From positions 45,309,575 through 45,373,574 of the forward strand of contig NC_083425.1 in the NCBI RefSeq assembly GCF_020745735.1: a DNA stretch of 64,000 bases. Reading direction: 5' to 3'. The DNA is from Hemiscyllium ocellatum (Eukaryota). A program made the translations under genes and the position numbers. Every line of letters starts with the position of its first letter. The first letter of the stretch is position 1. Positions 1 to 12,519 of the stretch are shown here, in pieces. Under the pieces are notes generated by a model. That model saw only the letters and a program-made list of their open reading frames with translations, searched no databases and was not told where the DNA came from.

Positions 1-958
1 CCTCCATAAGATCAGAATTGGGGATTGTTGCTGCCCAACAGGGATGTCTGCCAATAATTGCACACTGTTCAGCACCATTCACAACTCCTCAGATACTTAA
101 GTAGTTCCTGTTCATAGAACAATACAGCGCAGAACAGGCCTTTCGGTCTTTGATCGACCCAAATGCAACAAGGTTTGGATAATTCCCCAAGTCAGTCCCC
201 TGGGTATGTAACATTTGTGTCATACAAATGCCTGGCAAAATTCAATAAGAGGCAATCTAAACACTGGCCATTGACATTCCGTAGAGTTACCATCACTGAA
301 TGGTATCATCACCTATCAACATCCTAACAGTTACCATTGACCAGAAACTCAATTGAGCTTGCCATAAAAATGTAGTGCCTACAAATCAGGTCAAAAGGTA
401 GGAATAGTGCAGTAACTCACCTCCTGGCTCCCCAAAGCCTGTCTGCCATTTACAAGGCACAAGGAAGGAGTATGATAGAATACTCCCTACTTGCTAGGAT
501 ACATGCAGCTCCAATAACAAGGAAGCTTGAGAATAACCAGGACAAAGCTGCCTGCTCGACTGACATCATTTCCACTTTGTTGACCACCAATGCTTAGTCG
601 CAGCAGTATGTACTATCTATAAGATGCACTGCAGAAACTCAGCAAATATCCTTCAATAGCATCTTCCAGACCCCTACCACTTCCATCTAGATGGACAAAG
701 GCAACAGATACTTGGGAAGATCACCACCTTCACCCCTCCAAGCCACTCATAATCCTGACTTGGAAATGTATTGCATTTCTTTCATTGTGGCTGCGCCAAA
801 ATCCTGGAATACCCTCCCTGAGGGCACTGTGGGTCTATCAAAGGGATATGGACTGCAGCAGTTCAAGGCAGCTCATCAACACATTCTCAAGAGCAACAAG
901 GGATAGACAATAAATGTTGGCCAGCCAGCAGTACCACATAAGTGATAAATAAAAAAAG
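1..958 (+). mobile_element. 3' part of a decayed non-LTR retrotransposon (CR1/L2-group LINE), RT C-terminal region and tail
   Basis: Decayed RT C-terminal motif (IYKAQGRSMIEYS at ~448-486). Tail 'caataaatgttggccagccagc...aataaaaaaa' is shared with the tRNA-derived SINEs in the window. Confidence 0.65.
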
Positions 959-2228
959 ACACTCCATCAGAGTACATCAATTTGAACACTCAATCTTTTG
1001 AGTCATAGATTTTGGCTAATTTACAGCCAGACTTATCCTTATAATTTCAATCTCATTCTAACACAATGTTCACTAAGCATGTTAGTATTCAGGCTTACAC
1101 ACCTTTTAACGGGAGCTCATTTTGTGTACGTATGCTTTGAGGTACACATTTCAAATATCTTAAACCTATCCAGGTATTGTATTCTCTCGCTCCACTATCA
1201 TAATTGAAACAAGATGATTGTATCAAAATATAAAAGACTTGGGTTATGCTCCTCCTCAGATAATTTTTTCATAGCAAAATACTCACTTTCACGGTTGGTC
1301 TAAACAATTAACAATCTTTCCCTTCTTTTTTGGACTCCCTAAACTATGTAACAGTGGACTGAAAAATATCCTGAGCAATTAAACAAGCTGCCTTAAGCAG
1401 TGCCTTTCTATTTGATTAACTTCATTAATAGCCATGCAATATGAAACATCACAAGGTATTTTACCATCTTTCCTACCTCCACACATGGTAACTATGAAAT
1501 GTATGGAAGCAAGCTCTAGCCAAGTTTCAGGCGTGAGCCTAATTATTGCTATGAGCTTTTGATGTGTATAATTAAATGAAAAGTTTGAAGTAACCAAAGT
1601 TGAGACTCTCATTTCCAGTTTTATGTTCCAAAAGGACAACTGGTGAAGACTTGAGCCTGTCTTTGCACAATTTTACAAGCACTCATTTCAGAATTGAGTT
1701 TTGGTCTCTGTCTATTTATCGAGGAACAAGTAAATTCCCTTTTAATACTAATTAATAATATAAATATCCCATCCCATGTTGCAAAATCTTGATTACCCTG
1801 TTCTATCTTAGTAAGGTAAATATTCAAATAACGTAACAAAATTTATATTCTATGTTTACAACAAAAAATTCGTGACTAGCAAGGGTCTATGTTTACGTGC
1901 ATTAACTTAAAAGCTGCTTGAACTGCAACACAAGAGTAATGCAAAATGGAAGGGTTCAGATGAAATAGTACCATGCTCAAGTAAAACAGTACTATAAAGT
2001 AAAAATTGCTGACCAGATTTTTTTGATTGCAGTGGGAAACTTCAATTACTGCTATCTAAATTTACTATTAAATTCTTTGCATTTAATTTTCCAATATGAC
2101 TCCACTGCTCTGCCATTTGAGTTTAATTATTAAAATGGAGAAATTCTTTGCAACAGTTCATTGGACAGTACACAGCATCATGTGATTATGGTCTGTATGC
2201 CTCACAAGATTATCACACATAGGTTCAT

Positions 2229-2527
2229 TCATTTATGTTTGTCAAAGTGTAGAACTCTTTCAGGAATCCTGCCCCTTCCCTTTAAAATCATTCTGTCTTC
2301 ATAGACACGAATAGTACCAAATGCATGGCTTTCTGGTGGTGTTTCAATCACACCTTCCAAGGTAAGATGGTGAATTCCATGATCATCCAAGTAGTAACCA
2401 CCATCATGATTATGGCCTGCAATAAAACATACTACACTTGTGTGTGCATGCAACACCGAGAGGATTTCATCATAGTTCCAGGCAACGCATATTTGATCTG
2501 TCGAGTCTGGGTGGACAGGAAGATGAC
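2229..2527 (-). CDS. ADPRM: ADPRM last coding exon (Mn2+-dependent ADP-ribose/CDP-alcohol diphosphatase)
   Basis: Acceptor tttcttaatgcag. Encodes GHLPVHP...WNY...GHNHDGGY...HHLTLEGVIETPPESHAFGT...KGRGRI to the stop; metallophosphoesterase GHxH motif; phase 1 matches the upstream exon. Confidence 0.95.
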
Positions 2528-2877
2528 CTGCATTAAGAAAACAGTTCACAATTACATTACCATTTTCCCATTTTCTAATACACATTTACATGCTTTTTGC
2601 TGAGTTGGTCATACCTGGTCAAATATACATAAACAAATTCACTCTATATGTCATCCAGTACTTTAGTCAAACCAAGTCAAAAATAACTGGTAAGAAAAAT
2701 GGCTACAGCTGTATAAGAGGTAACTTGAGACCAATAAAACAATGAAGAGGTTACAGCACAATGTGTTAGTCTCTAAACTATAGTTACTTAAGAACTCTGG
2801 ATGTCTCTGCTTCTCAGGCATGTCATGCAAATCCTGATTTAATTTTAATACTTGCAGTTAATTAATAGGCTTTGGTT

Positions 2878-3220
2878 TTATTCTTTCATGGTATGAGGGC
2901 ATTGCTGGCTAGGCCAGTATTTATTGCCCATCACTAATTGCCGTGAGGACAGTTAAGAATTAACCACATTGTTGTGGGTCTGGAATCACAGAGGCCAGAC
3001 CAGGCAAGGATGGCAGTTTTCTTCTTTAAAGAACATTAGTGAATCAGATGGGTTTTTCCAATAATCAACAATGGATTGCTAGACTTTTAATTCCAGATAT
3101 TTTTTTGAATTCAAATTCCATCATCGCCGCAGCAGGATTTGAACCTGGGTCCCCAGAACATTACCTGGGTTTCTGGGTTAAGAGTCCAATGGCAATACCA
3201 CTAAGTCATTGCCTCCTCTG
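2878..3220 (-). mobile_element. tRNA-derived SINE with LINE-derived tail
   Basis: On the - strand: A-box-like 'gacttagtgg', B-box 'ggttcaaatcc', and a tail matching the LINE end at ~900-958. Related partial copies at ~3330-3550, ~19568-19680, ~27105-27330 and ~58715-59055. Confidence 0.65.
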
Positions 3221-3574
3221 AGAGAAAATCTTAAAATGAAGCTGAGGTTATTCAATACACTGATTGTCAAAATGAAGAAGCACCTTAATATGTGCAATTT
3301 CATGCCTAAGCATTGTAACACTATTTTTTTAAAAAAGTCATTCATGGGAGGATGCTGTTGTTGACCTAGTCAGAATTTATTGCCTAACCCTAATTACCCA
3401 GAGGTGAGTTAAGAGTCAGCCATATTGTTGTGGGATATAGATTTACATGTAACAATGGAAGTTTTCTAGTCATCATTAGACTCTTAATTCCAGATTTTAA
3501 TTAAATTCAAATTCCACCATCTGCCACAGCAGGATTCTAACCTGGGTCCTAACAGGATTCTAACCTAGAAAGGT

Positions 3575-5305
3575 AGCCGGTAATATTAAGAAAGATTGCA
3601 AGACCTTTTCTAGATATATAAAGAGCAAATGAGAGGCAAAGTGGACATTGGGCTGCTGGAAAAGTAGCTATGGGGAACAAAGAAATGGCTGAGGAATTGA
3701 GTAAGTATTTTGTGTCAGTCTTCACGGTGGAAGACATGAGTAATATCCAAAGCATTCAGAAAGTTTGGTGGGGGGGGGGGGGAGAAATGGAGGTAATACT
3801 GTAGCCATCACCAAGAAAAAAGGTGCTAGAAAAACTGAAAGATCTGAAAGTGGATAAATTGCCTGGACTGGATGGGCTGCACCTTAGAGTTCTGAAGGAG
3901 ATAGCTGAAGAAATAGTGGATCTTTGTGGTATGACTGGAGTCAGGGAGGATCCCAGAGGATTGGAAACTTGCTAATGTAAAAACCCTCTATTTATGAAGT
4001 GAGTAAGGCAAAAGATAGGAGATTATAGGCCAATTAGCCTGGCCTCAGACCTTTGGAGATTATTGCGAAGCATGAGATTTCTGAATACTTGGAACTGCAT
4101 GGTAAAATGGGGCAAAGCCAGCATGGTTTCATCAAGAGGAGGTCATACCTGACAACTCTGCTAGAATTCGTTGAGGAGGAATGAGCAGGTTAGACCAAGG
4201 AGAGCCAATGGATGTTATCTATCTGGACTTACAGAATGATAGGATACCGCACAGGAAGCTACTCAGTAAGATAAGGATCCATGGTGTTACAGGCCAGGTA
4301 CTAACATGGAAAGAAACTTGGCTGGCTGGCAGAAGGCAAACAGTGGAAATAAAAAAGTCCTTCTTAGGATGGAAGCCAGTGACTTTGTTCCACAAGGATT
4401 GCTGTTTGGACCACAACTTTTTATCTGGCTATCTTTGCACATGTTACAAAGATAGGTGATGGGGCAAGCAGTAGTGAGGAAGTGGAAAAGTTGCAGAAAG
4501 ATTTAGACAGGTCAAGAGAGTGGGCAAAGAGATGGCAGATAAAATACAACATGGGAAGGTGTGAGGTTATACACTTTGGTAAGAAGAAGAGAGGCATGGA
4601 CTATTCTCTAGATAAGGAGAAAATTCAGAAATCTGAAGTGTAACGGAACTTGGGAGTCCTAGTTCAGGTTTCTCTTAAGATAAACTTGCAGATTGAGTCG
4701 AAAAGCAAAGACAATGTTGTCATTCATCTAGACAGGACTAAAATATAAAAGCAGGGATGTACTTTTGAGGCTTTATAAGGCTCTGGTCAGACCACATTTA
4801 GAGTATAGTGAGAAATTCTGGGTCCCATACCTCAAGAAAGATGTATTGGCCCTGGAGCAGATCCAGTGGAGGTTCACGAGAATGATCCCAGGAATGAAAG
4901 GCTTAACATATGAGGAATGTTTGAGGATTCTGGGACTATACTTGATGGAGCTCAGAAGGGTGAGGGGGATCTGATTGAAACCTACAGAATATTGAACGGC
5001 CTGGACAGAGTGGATGTTGGGAAGATGTTTGCAGGAGAGATGAGGACCCAAAGGCACAGTCCAGGGTAAAGGAAAGACCTTTTGAATGGAGATAAGGAGA
5101 AACCTCTTCAGCCAGAGAGTGGTGAATCTATGGAATTCATTGCTACAGAAGGCTGCAGAGGCCAGGTCACTGAGTATATTTAAACAGAGATAGACAGGTT
5201 CTTGATTACCAAGGGGATCAAAGGCCACAGGGAGCAAGCAGGAAAATGGGGTTGAAAAATCTATCAGCTATGACTGAATGGCATAATTTCTGCTCCTTAT
5301 GTCTT
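3575..5305 (+). mobile_element. Decayed 5'-truncated CR1-clade LINE (ORF2/RT)
   Basis: Frameshifted RT fragments (MDVIYLD, RLYKALVRPHLEY..FW.PY.KKD..LEQIQ.RFTRMIPG) and a CR1-type 3' end. Confidence 0.85.
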
Positions 5306-6308
5306 CTAGCCCTCAGAACATTAACAGGATCTCTGGATTACCTGCCCAGCAGTAATACCATCAGGACTTCACATATCAACATGAAACTGCAGTTTCTTTG
5401 CATTAATACCAAGACTTTCGTGTGACAGGCCTAAAGGATGAATGGCAGATAACGTGAATAATAGGAAAAAAACTGAACTGCAAATTTTCTAAAAATCTAG
5501 AAAAGGAAATTTCACAATAAAGTTACAATGTCACTTATGTAAGGGTGACCAAAAGTTTGCTTGCAGCAATGAATTCTTCAGATATGACCAATTAATCTGC
5601 ACTTTTGCAGCACTGATTGAGGAAGGAATGTTGGCCAGGAAGTTGCAAACTCTTTGTTGATCTTTTAGTCAACTTACTGCTGAAATGACTTCTTCACCCT
5701 CTTGAATTGCCAATCAGTATGTGTGACCTTTAAATGATATGTTCCACTGAAGATAGTAAATACAATGGTGCAGTACTTCATCAAAACTTCAGAATCAACT
5801 TTGATTTTGTGCTGAAATAAGGGACTGATAAACTGATAAGTAAGCAAGAGGAAATGAAATAATTTTTGACTGGGAAATGAATTATTGCATTTATTCAAGA
5901 TTTGACTCTAACTATAGGTATATCTTGGTTAGAGGACATGCTATGTATTTTGTGCAGTCCTTTCAGTTGAAATTTTTTACGCATGCATTTTTAATGCCAG
6001 CTTTGCTTAGTTGCTAGCATGCTTGTTCAAGTCAGAAACAACGGATAGTACTGACACCTAAACTGGAAGGTTCTGGGCTCACCATGGACAAAATTTCTTA
6101 ACCTAGGCTTTCAAAACAAAAGGGTAATGGATCTGGGCATTGCCTATCCCTAACTGGCCTTGGTATAGGGACCTTAGAAAGCACTGGAGTTGCAATCAGC
6201 AACACTAGAGCCGATCATCTAGTCATGCACTTGCTGCTTATGCAAAATTGCTCTATTCAAAAGAGAATCCTTTGGTTGTAAAATACTTCAGGGGTATCCT
6301 GGGGATGT

Positions 6309-7406
6309 CATCGAAGAATGTGGTACTGGAAAAGCACAGCTGGTCAGGCAGCACCTGAGGAGCAGAAGAGTTGACATTTCAAGCATAAGCTCTTCATCAG
6401 GAATGGGGAAGTGATCTAAGGATACTGATGGATAAATGGAAGGGGGGTGGTGCTAGGTAAGATAGCTGGAAATGCAATAGGTAGATGGAGGTAGGAGCAG
6501 ATAGGGGGAGATGGTGATAGGTCAGAGCGGCTAAGTGGAAAGGAAGATGGACAGGTAGGACAGGTCAAGAGGGAGGTACCAAGTTGGAAGGCTGGCTCTG
6601 GAATAAGTGGAGGGAGGGGAAAAGAAAAAACTGGTGAAATCTACATTGATCCGGTGAGGTTGGAAGGTCCCAAGGTGGAAGATGACGCATTCTTCCTCCA
6701 GGCGTTGGGTGGCTAGAGTTTGGAGGTGGAGGCGGCCCAGGACTTGCACGTCCTTGGCTGAGTGGGAGGGGGAGTTAAAGCATTTGGTAGTGGGGTTGTT
6801 TAGTGCTTGTGTCCGAGATTCTCTGAAACGTTCTTCAAGTTGGCGTCCTATCTACCCAAGGTTGAGGAAACGACACAGACAGCAACACGCAGTAGATGAC
6901 GTGTGTGGAAGTACAGGAGAATCTCTGTTGGATTTGGAAGGATCCTTTGGGGCCTTGGACAGTGGTGAGTAGGGGGGTGTGGCCGCAGGTTTTGGACTTC
7001 TTGCAATGGCAAGGGAAGGGGCCAGGAGTAGAGGATGGGAGCCATGGACTTAACAAGGGAGTTGCAGAGGGAATGATCTCTGTGGAATGCTGAAAGGGGT
7101 GGGGAGGGAAATAGATCCCTGGAGGTGGGATCTGTTTGTAGGTGGCGGAAATGGTGGAGGATTGGTGTATCTGGAGGTTGGTAGGGGTGGAAGGTGAGGA
7201 CCGGTGGTTTCTGTCCTTGTTGCGATTGAAGGGGTGGGTTTCAAAGACAGAGGTAAGTGAAGTGGAGGACATGCGCTGAGGGCATTGTTGACCACGTGGA
7301 AGGGGAAATTGCAGTCCTTGAAGGAGGTGGCCATCTGGAGTGTTCTATGGTGGAACTGGTCCTCCTGGGAGCAGATGTGGCAGAGGCAGAAGAATTGTGA
7401 GTAAGG
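6309..7406 (-). mobile_element. Decayed 5'-truncated Penelope-like element (RT thumb, GIY-YIG endonuclease, 3' pseudo-LTR with decayed hammerhead)
   Basis: ORF fragments PYSQF..L..ICS (RT C-terminus), PC..K.CKTC...QRFSCTSTHVIYC (PLE linker/GIY-YIG) and RLEEE..IF.LGT.QP..IN.DF. Hammerhead-like core at 6369-6404. Near-identical 13-bp direct repeat at 6296-6308 and 7407-7419. Confidence 0.85.
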
Positions 7407-7639
7407 ATCCTGAGGATGTGAAAACAAGTATCGATACAAGTCAAGGCTCAGTACCCGTGATTGTAAGTTTCTGTGATAAGAATGAGTTCAATGTTTTCTC
7501 AGCTAATTTTTGTTTGACTTGGGGGGATTTGGGTGTTGCTGGCAGACCAGCATTCATTACCCGTACTTCACTGTCCTTGAGAAGATGGTGGTGAGCTGTA
7601 AGATGTAGAAGAATGGAACAAAATAAATTATTTTGAATT

Positions 7640-7980
7640 CATAGAATCATTGTGGATGCAGACCATTTGCTCCATCAAGTCCACACTGATCATCTGAGGA
7701 ACATGCCACCCAGGCCTGTTCCCTGACACGATCCCTGTAACCCTGCATTTCCCATGGCTAATCCACCTAGCCTGCACAACCCTGGACACTATGGGCAATT
7801 TAGCATGGCCAATCCACCTAACTTGCACATCTTTGGATTGTGGGATAAAACCCACGCTAGACAGAACCAGGAAAAGACATAGGGTGAATGATGCAAACTC
7901 CACAAAGACAATTGCCGAGGAGGAAATGAACCCAGGTCCCTGGTGCTGTGAGACAGCAGTGCTAATCACAGAGCCACAGA
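7640..7980 (-). mobile_element. V-SINE (HE1-like)
   Basis: tRNA-like head, V-domain 'ccaaagatgtgcaagttaggtggattggccatgctaaattgccc' and a CR1-like tail. Confidence 0.8.
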
Positions 7981-8968
7981 TTCCAATTCTCAGAAAATAT
8001 ACTGAAAAATATTTGCCTCAGATCAGAAAACTTTGCCTAATTTGACCTACAAAGTTTATCTCCTCATGCTCAAGGTCTGCTGGACTTCAAACCTCATATA
8101 TATTGCCACTGTCTATATTTTTCAAGTAAATCCAAGTAGAAATCTAAATAAATTGTACACATAACCTGTGTGAAAGACATAAATCATACAAGTGCCTGAC
8201 ACAATTTATACTCTACTTGCAATCGGTGGTCACATCAATCTCAACAATTATCAGAGTATTAAAATAAAACTTCAAGTGCATAGGTTTGTTTTTGTACAAG
8301 ATTACATAGAAATGTCAGAGGAACCAAACTAACTCCCGTAACAAAGGAGCTACCACGAGAGACGCACATAATTCAACTAAAACTTTAACTTTTGTGTTCG
8401 AAGAACATTTCTAGCATGCCATTATATTAATGCTGTGCAAAAGATGTTTTTGGACATATTTCCAAAGTGGCAATAAAAGGGGGTGAGTTGACTCCTGAAC
8501 ACAGAAAAGAAGGAATGTAACTCGCTGCAAACAAAAGGAGACAGGAAATTTGCACCTTTCACCTGCTCATGACACTACTCATCAAAGATTATATCTGCTA
8601 TACAATAACATCCTTAGATCCATGATTGGTTTTTAAAGTTACCTTTCAAATTTAATGATTCTCTTCGTTTTGGTATTCACACATCATTTCTACTCCAAGA
8701 AAACAAGTCTGATTTATTTAAACCAAGATTACCATCAAAACAAATACATGATAAACCTAGTTACTGAAAATAAATAATAAAACAAACTACTGCAGATGCT
8801 GAATATTTAAAACAAAAACTGATGAGTTCCAATGAATAGCCACCGGATTCAAAATGTTAACCCTCTTTCTCCCTACAGACGCAGCCAGACCTGCTGAGTT
8901 TTGCCAGCAATTTATTTTTGTGTTATTGAAACTATATCTCCTAATTTATCAAGGATGTAATTACTTAC

Positions 8969-9091
8969 CAATGACTGTAACCTTTTCCTGGTTATTATCA
9001 GAGAAAGTGAGTATCTTGTTTAGCCATTCCATCTGTTCTTGACTGAAACCTCCATTGAATGCCAGAAAGCGTGAATTCAGTCCATAGAGAC
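8969..9091 (-). CDS. ADPRM: ADPRM internal coding exon
   Basis: cag acceptor and gtaagt donor; 123 nt, phase 1-1; encodes [42 protein letters not shown]. Confidence 0.95.
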
Positions 9092-9753
9092 CTGCCAATC
9101 AAATACATGCAACTAATACGTTTTCAACTTACATTGAGCCACTTGTATTGATCGTTATTAATTATATATCTTTTAATTTGTAGCAATGCTTATGCATTTT
9201 GCTATTTTTGAAGCTTGCAATTTCACATAACAGACTAATAACTGATTTCTGAAAGTATCTCAGCATCTGTTAACACAGCAAATACAACGTACGACTATTG
9301 TCCAAAAAACAAACAGATGACCCACATGAGATAGAATGGAGTGGTGATGGTACTTCAGGGGTGTCAACACATATTTTGAATTTGCTTACATATGAGTTTT
9401 TGGGTCAGTAAAAATGGTTTGTTGGTAGCAATACTACATTTTTAAATTTCCATTGTAAATTCCTATGTACATAATATAAAGGGAACTCTCTATAAACTAG
9501 TGACAACCTAATTACATTCTCTGGCTGATTCTGTCATGCAGCACCTTCGAAGGGCAAGTTGTAATTACAACCGCAATAGCTTTTACACATAATGTGATAC
9601 AGACCGTTTTATTTTACACAATTCATTCCATTTTACAGATTTTTCCATTTAAAGCTAACCATTGGCCTTTTTGAAATGGAAAACATCAACAGGAAGTGCA
9701 CACAAAGCAAAACCAAAATTGTACGACAAACACACAGAAAAATAACTGTTTAC

Positions 9754-10372
9754 CTTTGGGGCTATTAAGATTTTCATTTCTGTTGTTTGATTTCAGTTTC
9801 TGTAGTGAATAGCGATGTTTCTTGCTATCTTTTTTCCTTCCCAGAACACTGAGATCATATGTGTCAGTTAATATGAAGCGGAATTTAGGAAATGGACTAA
9901 AATGATAGCCATAAAAGGCCTCAGGATCATTGGGATCATCAGGGTCCAAGTCTGATTGAATGCTGCTGTCTCCATTATCAAAGAGTTTGCCATTTCCTAA
10001 GTGTTTGCTATTGAGAGCCGAGTTAAGTAGCTGTTCCCTGTTAAAATTATAAAATTCATGATTTCCCCAGATATGGTGAACTGGAGACGGAGACTTTGCA
10101 AATTCATTTATGACCACTTGAAGTGCATGATCTGACGACTTTAGCTGTGAATTGCATCCATCAATGATGTCGCCAAGCTGCAGAATAAACCTGGGAGTGA
10201 TCACTTCTTCATTCCATTCTCGAAGAGCACTGCGGAGCAAGTGGAGGCTGTTTCTATAGTAACGTTCTCTTGTCCTTGAATAATTGAAGCCATTCTCTGT
10301 GTCAGCATACTGAATGTCTGCTATGACTCCAAAAGTAAAACACAGGTTGACTTCTGCTACTTCAGTCTCCAT
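9754..10372 (-). CDS. ADPRM: ADPRM first coding exon
   Basis: ATG at 10372 (METEVAEV...). Motifs FGVIADIQYAD, QLGDIIDG and WGNHEFYNF. Donor g|gtaaac after NLNSPK; likely acceptor at 10406/10407. Spliced CDS is 619+123+299 nt = 346 aa plus stop. Confidence 0.95.
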
Positions 10373-10557
10373 CCTTTTAAATATTTCACTTGCACATGCC
10401 CACCATCTTAAAAACAAAAGCGGTAGCTGAGAACAGTCACCTGGATTTAATAAGACGGACTAATGTCTATGGCGCAAAGATGGAGTACACAGGTTGTAGA
10501 ACATACCTTTGTGTCAATTTGCTGTTCCTGAGGCATTCAACATGAATCTAATGTTAA

Positions 10558-10777
10558 CCAAAAAAAACAAAAGAACTGTGCATGCCAGAAATCAGAAATA
10601 AAAGTAGAAAGTGCTGGAAAAACTCAGCAGGTCTGGCAGCATCTGTGGAGAGAAAGCAGAGTTAATGTTTCAGGTTCTAAAGAAGGGTCACTGGACCTGA
10701 AACGATAACTCTGACTTCTTTCCACAGATGCTAACAGACCTGCTTAGTATCTCCAGCAATTTCTGCTTCTGTTTGAT
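10558..10777. mobile_element. Short palindromic PLE-derived element with a mutated hammerhead core
   Basis: Inverted arms (ctgg...cagcaggtctggcagcatctgtgga / tccacagatgct..cagacctgct...ccag) surround 'gttctaaagaagggtcactggacctgaaacgataac'. Flanking 16-bp repeat with 2 mismatches at 10542-10557 and 10778-10793. Confidence 0.7.
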
Positions 10778-10959
10778 ATTAATCTAATGTAAATGCTGCC
10801 CACAAAAAGGAGGTAATGCAGATATATGGGCAAAAACAGGAGGATTTTACAATAACAGCTCTTAAAAAAAAGTTTGCCAAATAAAAATCCACTTTCTCCC
10901 TAGCTATATCTATCATGGAGTTCCTCGGGTGTCCTGAAGCTAAGCAGAAATGTGTGCTG

Positions 10960-11970
10960 AGAGGAAGACGTGAAGCAGTGTTAATTGGATTTGGACAAAC
11001 TTTGAGTGGGCAAGAAATAGAATATAATTTGGAAAAATGTTAGATTATCCACTTTAGTAGGAGGAATAGATGCGCAGAGTATTTCTTATTTGGAAAGTAT
11101 ATATCAAAGGAACTGAGATTCCTTGTCAATAAGTCATTCATGGCTAATATGCAGGTGCAGCAAGCCATTAGGAAGGCTAATGGAATGGTAGCCTTTACCA
11201 CAAGAAGATTAAAGTATGGCATAATGAAAACTTGTTTCAATTGTGTAAGAGCTTGGTATTACCATAGAAGGAGTGCAACAAAGATTCGTCAGACTTGTTC
11301 ACAGGACACAGGGACTGTCCTCTGGAGAGAGATTGGATAAACCTAACCTGTATTCTCTGGAATTTAGAATAAGAGGTGATTGCTTTGAATTTTATAAAAT
11401 ACATAAAGGGATAAATAATGTAAATATGGGTAAGATGTTCCATCTGGCTGGAGAATCTTGAATCAGGGGTACAATTTAAAAATAAGTTGGATCCAATTTA
11501 GGATGAGACAAGGTGAATTTTTTTTATTCACAAAGTTGTAACTCTTTGAAATTCGCCAGCACAGACGGCTGGGAAATCTCAGTCTTTGAGTACATTGAAA
11601 GGAGCAGATTACCTTTTCAAATTACCTTTGGCATTGGTGTGAGGATAGTTGGGTAACTGGCATTGAAGTGTCCAACTGTTCATCATCAGTCAAGAGTGTG
11701 TTGCTGGAAAAGCACAGCAGGTCAGGCAGCATCCGAGGAGCAGGAGAATCGACGTTTCGGGCATAAGCCCTTTCCTGATGAAGGGCTTATGCCCGAAACG
11801 TTGATTCTCCTGCTTCTCGGATGCTGCTTTACCTGCTGTGCTTTTCCAGCAACACACTCTAAACTCTGATCTCCAGCATCTGCATTCCTCACTTTCTCCA
11901 AATTGTTCTTCATTTTGGATTGCGGAGCAGATTTAATAGGCTGAATGGTCCTATTCCTTTTCCTGTATTC
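10960..11970 (+). mobile_element. Old, highly decayed CR1-type LINE 3' fragment, interrupted by a palindromic PLE insertion
   Basis: Fragments QVQQAIRKANGM.AF and LYSLEFR.RGD..E.YKI; tail resumes at ~11914-11970. Confidence 0.7.
11687..11896 (+). mobile_element. Palindromic short PLE-derived element with a hammerhead core
   Basis: 80-bp inverted arms at 11693-11772 and 11781-11860 (4 mismatches). CTGATGA-A-GGGC-TTAT-GCCC-GAAACGTT at 11775-11802. Degenerate direct repeat at 11671-11686 and 11897-11913. Confidence 0.8.
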
Positions 11971-12519
11971 CTAGACAGCTAATCCCACCTGGTCAAAACC
12001 AGAGTTAGCAAAACTTGTTGAACAGTTCAATCATTTCACTTGTACTATTTTTACTTCTAAATTCAATTATTACACTTTTGTCCTTCCATCCTTCAACCTC
12101 TCCAAATTTCAGCTTACATGTAAAACATGCCAAAGCTCAGTTATCCTATCCAACATAAAGTTTCAAGAACGCAAGAAAAAGGAGGTGCAGCAGATCAGTC
12201 AGACTATCAAACCTGCTCCACCACACTGGCAATGGCTCAGTGGTTGTTGCACATACACCCAAGTGAAACAATTAGGACTCAATGGCCATTATCTAATCAT
12301 TAAGTTTTCCAGAGAAGTACAAACTAACTGGAGATTTGATAGAAGCTCATCATGGGCAGTAAGTAGTGGGGAATAACTCCCTCTTGTAAAATATTTGGGA
12401 ATTCAAGGTTACAGATTTTAGAGTAACTGGGAAAAGCAGCAATTAAAGGGAAATATTTTCACTTATGATTTGGATAGGGGGTGAAGGCAGGAATAGGAAG
12501 TTGACTATAACCAAAAAAC

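Noticed and set aside
9686-10417. 243-aa ORF as a complete single-exon gene
   Set aside because: Its ends read through ADPRM splice sites; the real exon CDS is 9754-10372.
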